DNA of 64,000 nt from Octopus vulgaris (Eukaryota), in contig OX597814.1 in assembly GCA_951406725.2 (NCBI GenBank), positions 193,068,001-193,132,000 on the forward strand. The letters run 5' to 3'. Made by a program: the position numbers and the translations under genes. This document shows, one piece after another, positions 27,197 to 41,305 of the stretch; position 1 is the first letter of the stretch, and every line of letters begins with the position of its first letter. The notes under the pieces are model-generated. The model had not been told where the DNA came from. It ran no database searches and worked only from the letters and a program-made list of their open reading frames with translations.

Positions 27197-27200
<4 letters not shown>
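26983..27200 (-). mobile_element. pLTR-like repeat with hammerhead half-motifs
   Basis: CCTTCGAAACACGCATT followed by CAGCTGATGAAGGGG. Related to 21880-22125. Confidence 0.5.
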
Positions 27201-27255
<55 letters not shown>

Positions 27256-27496
27256 TGTATGTATGTATGTATGTATGTATGTATGTATGTATGTATGTAT
27301 GTATATATGTATGTATGTATGTATGTATATATATGTATATGTATAAGTAATTGTGTGTCTGTGTTTTTCGCCCCACCATCGGTTGACAACCGATGTTGGG
27401 GTGTTTATGTTCCCGTAACTTAGTGATTTGGAAAAAGAGTGCGATAGAATAAGTACTAGGCTTACAAAAAATAAGCTCTGGGATAGATTTGTTCTA

Positions 27497-28535
27497 GCGT
27501 GGCCGCAGATAACATTGAAAGTCAAGGGTTTTGGCGTGACATCTGGAACAAAGATAAGGAGCACATGAAGGATGCTGAATGGTTGCAAGAACTGAAACAA
27601 ACAGCAGTCTGCCCAAAACACGCAGAACTTGTCATTTCAGTTAGTGAAGTGAAGGAAATTAGCAAAAAAAAAAATGGTTAACTGGAAGGCCCCGGGACCA
27701 GAGAGAGTTCAAGGCTACTGGATCATAAGGTTTGGTGAATGTCATGCACGAATAGCTGTACAACTCAACACTTTATTAAATGCCCACCTGGTAACACCAG
27801 ATGGTTGACAATGGATAGAACAGTGCTGTGCTTGAAAAATATCGAAAAAGGCAATGCGGGAGATAAATACAGGCCGATATCCTGCTTGCCACTAATGAGA
27901 AAATTATTGACTAGAATAGTCGCAGAGTCAATGTACAGGCATGTGGGAAAAATGGAGTCCTGCCACATGAGCAGAAGGGGTGCAAGTGTAGAGGTACCAA
28001 GGATCAACTCCTGGTAGACAAAACTGTATTTGTAGACTGCAAGAGAAGGAAAACTAACTTAGCCCTAGACCGATTATCGTTAGGCGTACGATATGATCCC
28101 ACATACTTGGATTTTGGAGTGTATGAACCTATTAGGTATTGCATCGAATGTTGAGCGATTGCTTGGAAAAAGTATGGCGAAGTGGAGGACGGAACTGACA
28201 GCTTATGGAAGAAGTTTAGGGACAATAGAAATCAGGAGAGGCATCTTCCAAGGGGACTACCTGTTCCCACTGATCTTTGTACTGTGCATGATACCACTGA
28301 TTCTGATTCTGAAGAAAGCAATGTCTAAGTATGTATTCAAAAGCCGCCAACAAAAAGTCAGCCATTTGTTACTCATGGATGACCTCAAACTTTATGGTAA
28401 AGGTGAATCCCAAGTCAGTTCCCTCGTTGATACAGTGTATACTTTCAGTGCTGATATCAGAATGGAGTTCGGACTGAGAAAGTGTGGTGTGATAGTATTG
28501 AAGAGAGGCAAAATCAAATCTATGGAGGGGCTAGC
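27497..28535 (+). pseudogene. R4/Dong-clade non-LTR RT fragment (subfamily 1)
   Basis: [56 protein letters not shown], with frameshifts. Confidence 0.85.
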
Positions 28536-30042
28536 GAGTTTAGAATTAAGGAAGGCAAAGGTGGGGTATCAGTTCAGAAATAGCAAGGAAAAATTAACCA
28601 TTTGCTCTACATGGATGATCTGAAGCTTTTCAGTAAGAATGAAAAAGAGGTAGATTTCTTAATGCAAACTGTAAGACTCTTCAGCAAAGATATAGGCATG
28701 GAATTTGGCATAGATAAGAGTACAATATTAGTCATAAGAAAGGGACAGGTAGTCAACAGCTATGGCATCCAATTACCAGATGGCCAGACATTAAAATCCT
28801 TGAAAGAGTATTAGAATCGAAAAGAGTACTAACTACAGAAATGAAAACGAAAATTGAGGAGTACATCAGATGGGTGTGGAAGCTAATGAAGTCAAAGCTA
28901 AATGGTCCGAATCTAGTGATGGCGGTAAATACTTGGGAAATATTATTACTTAAATACTCAGCAGCCTTTGTAGATTGGACAAAAACTGAATTATCAAAGC
29001 TAGACAGAAGAACTAAGAAGGAATTCAATATGAATGGAGGACTCCACCTAAAGGCAGGAATAGCAAGATTATACTTATTTAGAAAGGAAGGCGGAAGAGG
29101 GTTAATACCAGTTGAAGACTGCGGGGAGTCAGCTAGAAGAGATATAGGCTCCTATGTAGGTAATAGTAAAGAAAGTTTATTAAAAGCTGCTAGAGTCACA
29201 GCAAAACATAGGGAAATTAAAAACCCAAACGAAGTTAAAAACCAGAAAAAAGAACAGAAATTATCTGACTGGTAGGAGAAGGCGTTGCATGGTAGATTCC
29301 CAAAGATAGTTGCAGCAAATAGTTGTAGTGAGACATGGTTATGGTTGCAGATAGGAAGGCTGAAAAGGGAGACAGAAAATGTGTTAGTATCAGCACAAGA
29401 TCAAGAATTAAGGACTAATTGGATAAAAGCCTAGATTGACAAAAAGCAAGTAGATTCCCAATGTAGGTTATGCAAATCAAGAGATAAGCGTTACTCATAG
29501 AGCAAGTGAATGTAGCATGCTGGCTGGGAGTTATGTAGAAAGCTAGGATTTGAACATACTAATAAATGGTACGAACATGACGTACTACAGTATTAGAAAG
29601 TAAGAAAAGAAATATAAGATGTTGTGGAACTTTAACGTATAGACTGAGAGAGTAATAGAAGCAAGAAGGCCTGAGTTAGTTGCAGTAGATAAAGAGAATA
29701 GAAAGCGCCAGATAATTGACTCTACAGTGCCATATGGTAAAAAAATCAATATGAGAGGCATAGAAAAAATAGCAAAGTACCAGGACCTAGCCATTGAATT
29801 ACAGAGACTATGAAAAGAGCGGGTAAAATGTATCCTAGTAGTTATAGGTGCTTTGGGAACCATCCCTAAAGATTTGAACAGATGGCTAGAGGAAATAGGC
29901 ATAAAGCCCAGTTTAGTACAGCTCCAGAAAAGAGTGTTATTAGGGACAATTAGAATACTTTGGAGGGTTCTTGGGCCTCTAAGGTTACTTGTAGCTCAAT
30001 GTTAGGATTTTTTCTTTTCGAATAGTCTAATTTGTTACGTGT
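28536..30042 (+). pseudogene. R4/Dong-clade LINE 3' half (subfamily 2): RT end, zinc knuckle, restriction-like endonuclease, (TAA)n tail
   Basis: LYMDDLKLF, MEFGIDK, RLYLFRKEGGRGL, AQDQELRT, CRLC, RRPELVAVDK, EKIAKYQDLAIE, VIGALGTIPK. Followed by (TAA)n. Confidence 0.85.
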
Positions 30043-30066
30043 ATAATAATAATAATAATGATGATC

Positions 30067-30122
<56 letters not shown>

Positions 30123-30439
30123 TTTATCTTAATCGTGTGTTTTGCTAAATCAATTCCTGTTTGGCAAGCCTCAGTTCGCACAAGCAAGTGTTTCCTCTCT
30201 GTATATATAGAAACAGACGCTCCAGTCTACCCTGAAATAATTGAAACGGAATCTACCACTGAGGAGACGTAATCACGCCAAAACAACACGTCTAGCGGTT
30301 CACTGATAACACTTTGAGATCAGTTCAATGTGTTTTCACTCACAAAACATATAAAGAGAAATTCGTCATTGAGACAAAATCCAGCAGCGAGTACTTTTCA
30401 GGACCTATCGTAAAGGAAGATGTTTAAAATAGATGCACA

Positions 30440-30473
<34 letters not shown>

Positions 30474-30522
30474 ATATTTATTTATATATATATGTATATA
30501 TATATGTATGTATATATATATG

Positions 30523-30559
<37 letters not shown>

Positions 30560-30606
30560 CTCTCTCCCTCTCTCTTTCTGGGTGTGTGTGTGTATAAATA
30601 TATATA

Positions 30607-30655
<49 letters not shown>

Positions 30656-30764
30656 TGGTGCTCCAACATGACCGCAGCTGCATAGCTGAAACGAATAAAA
30701 GAATATATATACGAAGATAGAGGCAAATATATATGCATATACACACACATGCACACACACACAC

Positions 30765-30795
<31 letters not shown>

Positions 30796-30894
30796 TGTAT
30801 GTATGTATGTATGTATGTATGTATGTATATATATATATATATATATATCTATAATTAACTATGTATATATATCTATAATTAACATATATGGTAA

Positions 30895-31127
30895 ATTTTT
30901 TTTGGTTTGTGTTCCTGATTCTCAACCCCATGTCGAATTTATCGATTTTTTCAGAACTGGGGGAACTTTTAAAAATTTTCGCTGCGTTAGTTTTGAATTA
31001 TGACATTGGGCTATGTGTGTGTCAAGTTTCATCAGAATCGGTTGAAAGCCGTGGTCAGGGTGAGGGTACAAGCAAACAGACACACAGAAACACGCACAGA
31101 CAAACTGCCGTTTATATAGAGAGAGAT
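30895..31127 (-). mobile_element. Non-autonomous Helitron 5' part
   Basis: Reverse complement of ~47646-47870. Confidence 0.8.
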
Positions 31128-31144
31128 ATGCATATATATTATAT

Positions 31145-31196
<52 letters not shown>

Positions 31197-31538
31197 TCAT
31201 ATATGTACATATATATATGTACATATATATATATATGTACATACACTAATTGCGGTGGGCGGAAGTTTCGCTAGTGGTTGCTTATTCAAACCGAACAAGC
31301 CTCCGCTGGCGAAATTTCAAAATAGCGTCAAATAAAAAATAAAAACAATATGAGAATCGAGAGTTCTATTCTGTACCTGTTATTTGTATGTGTTTAAAAA
31401 CACGTCCGTATGTATATGTATGTAAGCGCGCATGGACATACTCTCTGTCTGTTTGTTTGTCAGTCAATCTGTCTGTCTGTCTGTCACATTACACTCTCAC
31501 ACACATATCCAGCTAATTTTTAATCAATTGTGCACTTT

Positions 31539-31871
31539 TGGAAGCACTCCGTCGGTTACGACGACGAGGGTTCCGGTTGATCCGAATCAACGGAACAGCC
31601 TGCTCGTGAAATTAACGTGTAAGTGGCTGAGCACTCCACAGACACGTGTACCCTTAACGTAGTTCTCGGGGATATTCAGCGTGACACAGAGAGTGACAAG
31701 GCCGGCCCTTTGAAATACAGGTACAACAGAAACAGGAAGTAAGAGTGAGAGAAAGTTGTGGTGAAAGAGTACAGCAGGGATCACCACCATCCGCGCCCGG
31801 TCTGGGAATCGAAACCGCGATCCTATGACCGCGAGTCCGCTGCCCTAACCACTGGGCCATTGCGCCTCCAC
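31539..31871 (-). mobile_element. SINE family B with internal deletion
   Basis: Near-TSD AATCAATTGTGCA / AATTAATTGTGCA. Confidence 0.9.
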
Positions 31872-32084
31872 AATTAATTGTGCAGCACACTGAATAAATG
31901 CCTCGATTATACGAATTCAGACGTATTATCGAGGCATTATATTCAAGGTTTTGGCCAGTCCGATTGTGGTGGCTTTGTACGTAAGTTCAAGCTGGATCAA
32001 GCCTCGACCTCCCTGAGCTCTGGGGAGGTAAAGAAGATCCATGCCTGCCTTTGGGTGGTGCATCTTATTACAAGTCAGTAGCTT

Positions 32085-32309
32085 ACTCTCTCTCTTTCAC
32101 TCTTTTACTTGTTTCAGTCATTTGACTGCGGCCATGCTGGAGCACCACCTTTAATCGAGCAACTCGACCCCGGGACTTACTCTTTGTAAGCCCAGCACTT
32201 ACTCTATCGGTCTCTTCTGCCGAACCGCTAAGTAACGGGGACATAAACACACCAGCATCGGTTGTCAAGCAATGCTAGGGGGACAAACACAGACACACAA
32301 ACACACACG

Positions 32310-32349
<40 letters not shown>

Positions 32350-32508
32350 TACGACGGGCTTCTTTCAGTTTCCGTCTACCAAATTCACTCACAAAGCTTT
32401 GGTCGGCCCGAGGCTATAGAAGACACTTGCCCAAGGTGCCACGCAGTGGGACTGAACCCGGAACCATGTGGTTGGTAAGCAAGCTACTTACCACACAGCC
32501 ACTCCTGC
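32085..32508 (-). mobile_element. SINE family A
   Basis: Full-length match. Confidence 0.9.
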
Positions 32509-33003
32509 ACCTTGCAGATTTTTCTATCAATTTTCATTATTTCACTGGTATACCAGTTAAGCACATTGAAGCTATAAAAAACTACTGGGATTGCTAAGGA
32601 ATATATTCAAATGATAAAGTTCTGGAAGTTCTACAGATTTTTACACTTCCAGTGATGGATTCGAATTAGCTTTCTCTTTTTCGGTTTTGAAAAGCCTATT
32701 TTCTCAAGAATAGTATTTAGGTAGTGTGTTACATATCCCTGGGCTCCAATAATTACCACAACTGTGCACAGTTTCTCTTCTCTATCTCAAATCATTATAT
32801 CAAGTTTGTTGTGCTTACATTTTATTGAGGTCTTCACTGGTACATTCCACTAGTATTCCTTTTCATTAAGAGTGGTTACAGCTTCTACCATATTGAGGGT
32901 TTTTATTTTTATGTATGTATGTATGTATGTATGTATGTATGTATGTATGTATGTATGTATGTATGTGTATACATACGCGCACACGCATACACTCACTCAC
33001 TCG

Positions 33004-33122
<119 letters not shown>

Positions 33123-33820
33123 GCATATTTCCTACATGCGAGTATAATTGATATTCTTTCTGTTCATATATTTCATATCAGCATTGGCCATGCTCCCATT
33201 CCCACTAATTTCTAATTAACTATAGAATCCTAACAGTGAATAACTGCTTTCAATTAAACGAATTAAGATGTGACTTCTTGGGTGGTTGCGTCTTAAGTTA
33301 CCGCAAAATTTTTTGGTTATTTGAGGTTATAAAAGCTTCCCTAACAGAACACTTTGGTAGTATTTTCACTACTTCGGTGAGTGACGATTGTTTTTCGTTT
33401 ACCTTATATTAACACTGAATGACCAAATGATATTTCTACCGAGGCTTAATGGGAATCGTTCCTTTTCTACACCAGCTGAAGAGGCGAGTAGTCGCAGGAA
33501 CAGCATGGGGGTGCTCTGGAAGGTAACAATAAGGTGTCTATATACATACATGTGCACGAACGCACGCGCATGCACACACATGCATATATCAATATACATA
33601 TACACCCGCAGACATATATTTCTTCATGTTAGAAAATTCCATGTGGGTACATGGAATTTATTCTTTTTTTAAAATTTATTTCCCGTTGGTCATAGCTTAA
33701 AACCAACTAATTTATAATTAATTGCAGAGCACTCTCACAGAATAAATGTTTCAATTAGACGAATTAACATGTGCCTCATCAGGTTCATATGTCTGTGTGT
33801 GCGTGTGTGTGCGTGCGTAT

Positions 33821-33927
<107 letters not shown>

Positions 33928-33976
33928 GTCTAAATATATATACATGAATATATATATGCATATATATATGTATATT

Positions 33977-34018
<42 letters not shown>

Positions 34019-34834
34019 ATACATATATATATATATATATGAATATACATACATATTATATGTAAATATACATATATATATATATATGCAAATGTAAATG
34101 CATATATATATATGCATATGTGTGTGAGCATGTGTGTGTGCATGTGTGTGTGTGTGCGTGTGTGTGTGTGTGTTCCGTGTTTTAGTATTTATTTTCTCTT
34201 TGCTTCTTTCTCACTTTCCTCTCTTTCATTCAGCCGTTCATTCTTTATTTCCTTCCTTCCTGCCCGTCTTACCCACTCTCTCTTTCTTCGCCCTCATTGT
34301 CTTCATCATAAAAATCCTACCCTCCTCCTCTGCTTCCCGCTACCGCCTACACTCAAAATACGTTCTCATCATCACAAAAAAAGAGAAATCTAGACATCTT
34401 CATTCGGTCTGGAGGTGAAGCAATCGCCAGTCCATTCGCATCTTAGCGACCGACGACGGCTGACAATTAATGGATTAATCGAGGTGAGGTGGGAGGTTAC
34501 TGGCAGCGGGAGTAGCTAAAAGTGATGACGACGACAGTGGTGGCTGGTGGCGGCGGCGGTGGTTGAAAGGGGCGATCATCGTGGCTGTGGTGAAAGGTGA
34601 TAAATAATAGTTTGTGGCAGATGGAGCTGTTGTTGGTGGTGGTAGTAGCGATGGCGGTGAAAGGCGATAAATAATGACAGGCGGTGAAGGAAGTGAAGTG
34701 ATAGTGGTAATTGGGAAAGGTGGTGGGGGTGGGTAGGGCGGACCGACGAGGAAAACAAATTATGATGGTGATAGCAAAGAGGTTGGGCGTAAAACTTAGC
34801 GATGATTTTGGTGCTGCCGATTCTATTGATATTA

Positions 34835-35053
34835 ATAGTAGTAGTAGTACATGTAGTAGAAGTGGTGGTGGTGGTAGTGGAAGTAGTAGTAGTAGTAGCA
34901 GCAGTACTTGTGGTTATGGTGGTGGTGGTGTTAAAGTAATAGTGGAGATGGTGGTAGTAAGAGTAGTATTAGTAGTAGTAGTAGTAGTGGTGGTGGTGCT
35001 AGTTGTAGTGATGGTCATAGTATTAGTGGTAGTTTGGTGGTGAAAGTAACAGT

Positions 35054-35088
<35 letters not shown>

Positions 35089-35186
35089 TAGTAGTAGCTG
35101 TAGTAGTGGTGGTGGTAGTTGTAGTGGTGGTCATAGTATTAGTTGTAGTTATGGTGGGGAAAGTAACAGTAGCAGCAGCAGCAGTT

Positions 35187-35241
<55 letters not shown>

Positions 35242-35520
35242 CTGTAGTAGTGGTGGTGGTAGTTGTTGTGATGGTCATAGTATTAGTGGTAGCTATGGTG
35301 GTGAAAGTAACAGCAGCAGCAGCAGAAGTAGTAGTAGTAGTAGTAGTAGTAGCTGTAGTGGTGGTGATGGTAGTTGTAGTGGTGGTGGTCGTAGTATTAG
35401 TGGCGGTGATGGTGGTGAAAGTAACAATAGCAGTAGTAGTACTAGTAGTAGTTGTAGTTGTTGTTCTTGTTCTTGTTGTTGCTGTGGTGGTGGTGCTGGT
35501 GGTTGTAGTGGTGGCCGTTG
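34835..35520. repeat. Compound (GTA/GTG/GCA)n array with ~120-bp higher-order unit
   Basis: GAAAGTAACA recurs at ~35042, 35159, 35303, 35417. Confidence 0.85.
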
Positions 35521-35705
35521 ACGAAAGGATTAAAAACGTGGTCGTAGCAATGGCGGTCGTGATAATGGTGGTGATAGAATACTTCTAAGTGCGCTATTGT
35601 TGATATTGTTTCGGTTGAACCCTAGGTCAGCCTCATAGACCTCGCCATGGATCGGGTGGATTGACTAAATTATTTGCGATTCATTGAGATTCGTTCATCG
35701 ATATG

Positions 35706-35739
<34 letters not shown>

Positions 35740-35740
35740 G

Positions 35741-35773
<33 letters not shown>

Positions 35774-35792
35774 CATAATCCATATTTATATA

Positions 35793-35829
<37 letters not shown>

Positions 35830-36538
35830 TGATCAAAATAAAAACATGATGCGAAGGATTCAGCGGTACATATGTTTCGGGCCTTTATTAGACAGATTTA
35901 TAACAATGCATAATGTATGTCTGTGGCCTTCTTCAGCCGCGCACAACAGCTTCCACAAGGACATGTGTTACATCAAAAATTCTTGGTTGGGGATGCAAAT
36001 CCTCTCATTCGTGTACGACATAATGCGGCAGCAGCATAGAATTGAAGTGTCCATCTCTTTCTTCTCTCAATGTAGAATGAGGAAAATTGGATGTTGAAGT
36101 AGTGTAAATAAATAAATACATATATAGACGTGAAGATGGAGGGGCGAGAATTCAGGACGAGGGATAAGAAATGTATAAAAAGTGTAAGTATAGAAAAATA
36201 TAAAAATGTAGAGCATAAAGATATAAAGAGATATAAGGAGATGTAAAGGGGGTATAAAGAATATAAAGAAATATAAATAAATATAAATAAATGTAAAGGC
36301 ATAAGGTTATAAAGTAAAAATAGAAATAGAAATAAAAGTAAAAAAAAAACATGATAAAAATGTAAAAAAAATATAAAGATAAGGGATGTATAGAGGCTAC
36401 GGACCAAACATGGTGGTCAGGAGATTGATAAAATTTAGTTCTGAATCCTTCGCATCATGTTTTTGATCAATTTACTCCACCACCTACACCACCAAACGGT
36501 ATACACAGGTGCTTATAATTATCAAGTACTCACCCTGA

Positions 36539-36642
<104 letters not shown>

Positions 36643-37354
36643 ATGAACATACACGCGAGCACACAGACGCGCACACCATTGTCTCTGCACAGAATTGCAC
36701 TCCCGCCATTCAGTGAGGATGCACTGCAGTTGTTCGGACATGTTTTAACTTTTGCACCTCGTCCCCCACTACACAAGTCTGCTTTAGAAATGCCAGTTAT
36801 TGTTGTTGCTGTTGCTGTTGTTGTTGCTTTTGTTGTTGCTGTTACTATTGTTGTTGTTTAACGCCAGATCTAGCAGAGCAATGATCAAAGCAAAAAAAAA
36901 CCCCCAAAACCCATCTTTAGCCCTCCTTCCCATCATCAAGCACTCTACTGGAATACTCAACAATATTTTAACGTTTGTATATTTTCGAATGCATTTAGGG
37001 CTTTATATTTACTTGTAAGGGGCGGTGATAAGCTTTGCTGAATTCCATAATAGCGATAATGGTGCAAGCCAGGGGCTTTTTGTTTGTCGAATCTATCATA
37101 TAATTTTGTTGTTTTGAGGTTTGTCGGTTGTTTGATAATGGTTGAATTTAGTGGTCCGAATCCGTGTTCGTGTTGTGAGTTAGGAAAAGGAATGCGTGGT
37201 TATTATGAACACATTGAATCTCTCTAATATTTTCATAGTGTTCATCGATGTGTGACGAGTATATGTAATGCTGCTTAGGTTTTTGAAATTGATAGGTTTT
37301 TCTCAATGTTATTAGTTCACCCGGTTTCCACAATCCACGAATTTGAAAATGGTT

Positions 37355-37453
<99 letters not shown>

Positions 37454-38259
37454 TTGGTGTTGGTGGTGGTGGTAGCATCATCATCATCATCATCATCATC
37501 ATTATCATCATCATCATCATCATCAGCTGCAGCAGCAGCAGCAGCACTAGTAGTAGTAGTAGTAGTAGTAGTAACAGCAGCAACAATATTAATATACACA
37601 GCCACACCAACAAAAGTAGTAGTTTCGCTTAGCTCCAGGTCGGGCCTGGTCGAATAAAACTATAGATCAAAAGAAATTCAGTTAGGGCCATTTCGTCTTT
37701 TTGTATATCTAGGACTATATGCTGGCTTCAAATATTGGCGCAAGGCCAGTGATTTCTGGGGGAGTTGATTACATCGACCCCAGTGCTCATCTGGTACCTA
37801 TTTTATCGTTTCCAAAAGGGTGACAGGCAAAGTCAACCTCGGCGAAATTTGAACTCAGAACGTAAAGATGGACGAAATGCCACTAAGCATTTTACCCTTG
37901 TGCTAACGATTCTGTTAACGATTTAGCGAGGCAATTCGATCTCAGGTCTAAATTAACAAAAAAAAAAAAACAAGAAAAAAGGTATTTATTCTATCAACAT
38001 ATTTGCCGAACCACTAGGTTACTGGATGTAAATAAACCAATACCGATTGTCATGTAGGAAACAAATACAACACAGACACTGACATATCTATCTATATATC
38101 TCACGATCCCTGTTGATCATTTTTTTCCTTTCCTTTTTACGATCCCTTTTGATCGAAAGCTTACCCTACCTTTTTTTTTCTCCCCGAAAAGAAAAGCTCT
38201 ACTTTGTAATTTGTCCCGTCTGTGTTCAGCCCTGTGTGACTAATAAAGAAACATATCTG

Positions 38260-38392
<133 letters not shown>

Positions 38393-39349
38393 AGATAAGT
38401 ATCCGACAAGCTTCTTTCAGTTTCTATCTACCAAATCCACTCATAAACTACACTTGCCCAAGGTACCACGCACTGAGACTGAACGCAAGACCACATGACT
38501 GGGAAGCACACTTCCTACCCACAAAACCACATCTGCATATATAAATCCGTTGTAATATAATATATAACAGGCAATTTCGTTGTTCTGTCATATAAACCAA
38601 CTTGATATTCTAAATTTGATCATTGTATATCTTTGTAAATATCCACTTACAGATGAACAGTATTACGATATCCGTGCATTATAATAATATTCTAAGAACC
38701 ATGTGTGGTTATCTCCTTTAAAACTTGCTTATCTGGTTATTTTATTCAATTACTTTCAACTATTTCTCTTTATTTCATTATGAATATTCAACACTGCTCA
38801 CTTTGTAATTCTGCAGCTCATCTTGAAGTCATCATTACCAACTGCGCTGCTTGCTCTAAGATGTCGCTCTTTCATCTTCGTTTCTTACAACCAGCTTCAA
38901 AACTATCATAAAAGGAAAATTTTGTGCCGTTGCCTGTGCATTATCATCGTCATCATCATCATCGTCATCGTCGTCGTCGTCATCATCATCATGATCGTCA
39001 TCAACAAAACCACTGCCACTAATGCTACAACCGCTACTACCGTCACTACCACCACAATCAACGCCAACACTAACACCAGTACCGCCAGCAGAACCACCAC
39101 CACCACCACCACCACCACCACCACCACCACAGCCACAACCAATACCAGCATCACCACAACCATCGCCACGACGTCGACGACGACCACTACCACCACCACG
39201 ATCATCATCATCATCATCATCATCACCATCATAAACATCATGATCGTCAAAATCGTCCTTCTATAGATATATAGAAAATAATAATAGGACAGTATATACT
39301 TCGAAGCCGAAATGCTGATGTAGACCAAGCAACAACCCATCAGTGACTG

Positions 39350-40171
39350 AGAAGTTCATATTGACGGCACAAGACCAAACCTTGCTTACCAAAATCTACT
39401 AGGCTAACGTTCTTCAAAACGGTTCTGACCCTAAACGCAGATTCTGCGATAAATTTGATGAAACAATAGACCATCTCATCTCGGGATGTCCTGTGCTAAC
39501 ACCAAACGAAAACGAATACAAAAAGTGCCACGATAGGGTAGGACAGTATTTGCATTAGAAAATATGTAAACACTACAAAATTAACATTCCCTCTTACTGG
39601 TATGAACATCATCCTTGAGCTAGTCGTTGAAGGTAAAAATGTCACTGTCCTTTGAGATTTTCCAGTCAACACCAACAGAATGATCCAGGCTAATCGACCA
39701 GACATAGTCATTAAAGACAGGGAAGAAAATACTTGTAGACTAATAGATGTAAGTGTTCCCACTGATAAAAATATATCTGTAAACGAATTTAACAAGTGAA
39801 GTAAATAAAAGGATCCGGAAATCGAAATACAAAAAAATGTGGCATCTTAAAGCGAGAAATGTTCCTGTTATTGTAGGTGCCCTCGGTATGATAAGAAAGG
39901 GATGTCAAAATCATCTAGATAATATCCCAGGAGAACCATATCTCAGAGAAATCCAAAAGACTGTGCTAACAAGTGCTACCTACATCCTTAGAAAAACCCT
40001 ATCAATTTAAATGTACGTGTTGTATTACATGAAGATATTTCGTTACTACTCCTGCCACTTCTCCTCCCCCAAGCTTTCAGTCATACTGCAACATCTCCTA
40101 GCCTTCACTCGCCCTAGGACGCTGGGTGTGTCTCAGCAACTGACTGTGACAAACATGCGGATTAAATGTAA
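39350..40171 (+). pseudogene. R4/Dong-clade LINE 3' fragment (zinc knuckle + RLE)
   Basis: RFCDKFDETIDHLISGC, HDRVGQYLH, DFPVNTNRMIQANRPDIVIKD, LIDVSVP, VPVIVGALG. Ends in (TGA)/(TAA)n. Confidence 0.85.
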
Positions 40172-40189
40172 ATGATGATGATGATGATG

Positions 40190-40220
<31 letters not shown>

Positions 40221-40222
<2 letters not shown>

Positions 40223-40766
40223 CAGTACCAGGCACTCGCTCACATGGCTTCTGATCTTAACTGATTGGAAGTGTCATCATGCATATGTTTCGCCTTGGTA
40301 TAAAAAAAGGGCTACAGCAAATATTCTGCTCAATGCCACAGATTTGCTTGTCATTTGTTTGACCTTAACCAGTTGAGCATGTCCCTTAGTGGCTGACGAT
40401 ATGTGCATCTCTGATCATGAGCAAAAGTAGTGGGGGAGCATCATAGCCGTGTATTGAAACGAATTCTTAGAGGTTTGGATAATTCACCTTTGGAAACATG
40501 GGTGGTTCGTTCAACATCCTTAAACAACCCTTATTCAGGGACCTTTTGAGTGGGATGGGCTACTCGACTAGAAGAAAATTCTAACTGGGCTCCACCTGCA
40601 AGGTCATGTGCTGTTAATCTTGATATGAGATCACCATATCGCGCACATATGGTTGTGATGCATGTGCCTGGTGTGTCCTTATCAGACGAGTAGTCATGAT
40701 GGGTATGCTGGGCTTCGTATATTTTACCCCAGTGTCACTTTGATGGCATGCACTGCTCTCTCACTC
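40221..40766 (+). mobile_element. ~550-bp non-coding repeat (family E) embedded in (TAA)/(TGA)n
   Basis: Reverse-complement copy at 54330-54885. Both copies flanked by ATT/AAT tracts. Confidence 0.8.
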
Positions 40767-41109
40767 AATAATGATGATGATGATGATGATGATGATAATG
40801 ATGATGATCATCATCATCATCATAATAATAATTACAACAACAACAACAACAACAACAACAGCAATAATAATAATAAACCTCCACCAGGGCAAAACCAACG
40901 TCCTCTCAACTATTAGCAGGAGACGATTTTTGAAATGAGAATATCTAAAATAAACATGATTACTCTTACAAACGTCCATGTTAAAAATGAACTCGACCGC
41001 TCACAATAATTAAGTAAAGAAAATGGGAAAATAATCCAGAATCCTTTTCGGTACCTGATCGATCTTAGTGGTAGTCGTGGAAATTGAAGGTGGGTGTGCG
41101 CGCCGTGTG

Positions 41110-41305
41110 TGTGTCATCTGCAGTGTGTGTCATCTCTATGAAGGCCTCTTTTAGTCTATCCACTGATATAGTGTCTCTACAACCTTTAAGGTTTGTAGTG
41201 AAAAATTTATCAGTGCGTGAAAGAAAACGGAAAGAACCGGCATGCGGTGCTGTTAACGGAGGTTTAACAACACCGTTGCGCACGAAAACGTGAGTCCAAG
41301 AGTAA
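41110..41305 (-). pseudogene. Ty3/Gypsy integrase C-terminal (GPY/F module) relic
   Basis: THVFVRNGVVKPPLTAPHAGSFRFLSRTDKFFT...DTISVDRLKEAF. Confidence 0.75.

Noticed and set aside
31255-31295. Hammerhead-like UUGAAUAAGC...GCGAAAC on minus strand
   Set aside because: Core length is wrong, with no palindromic stem III or UH site.
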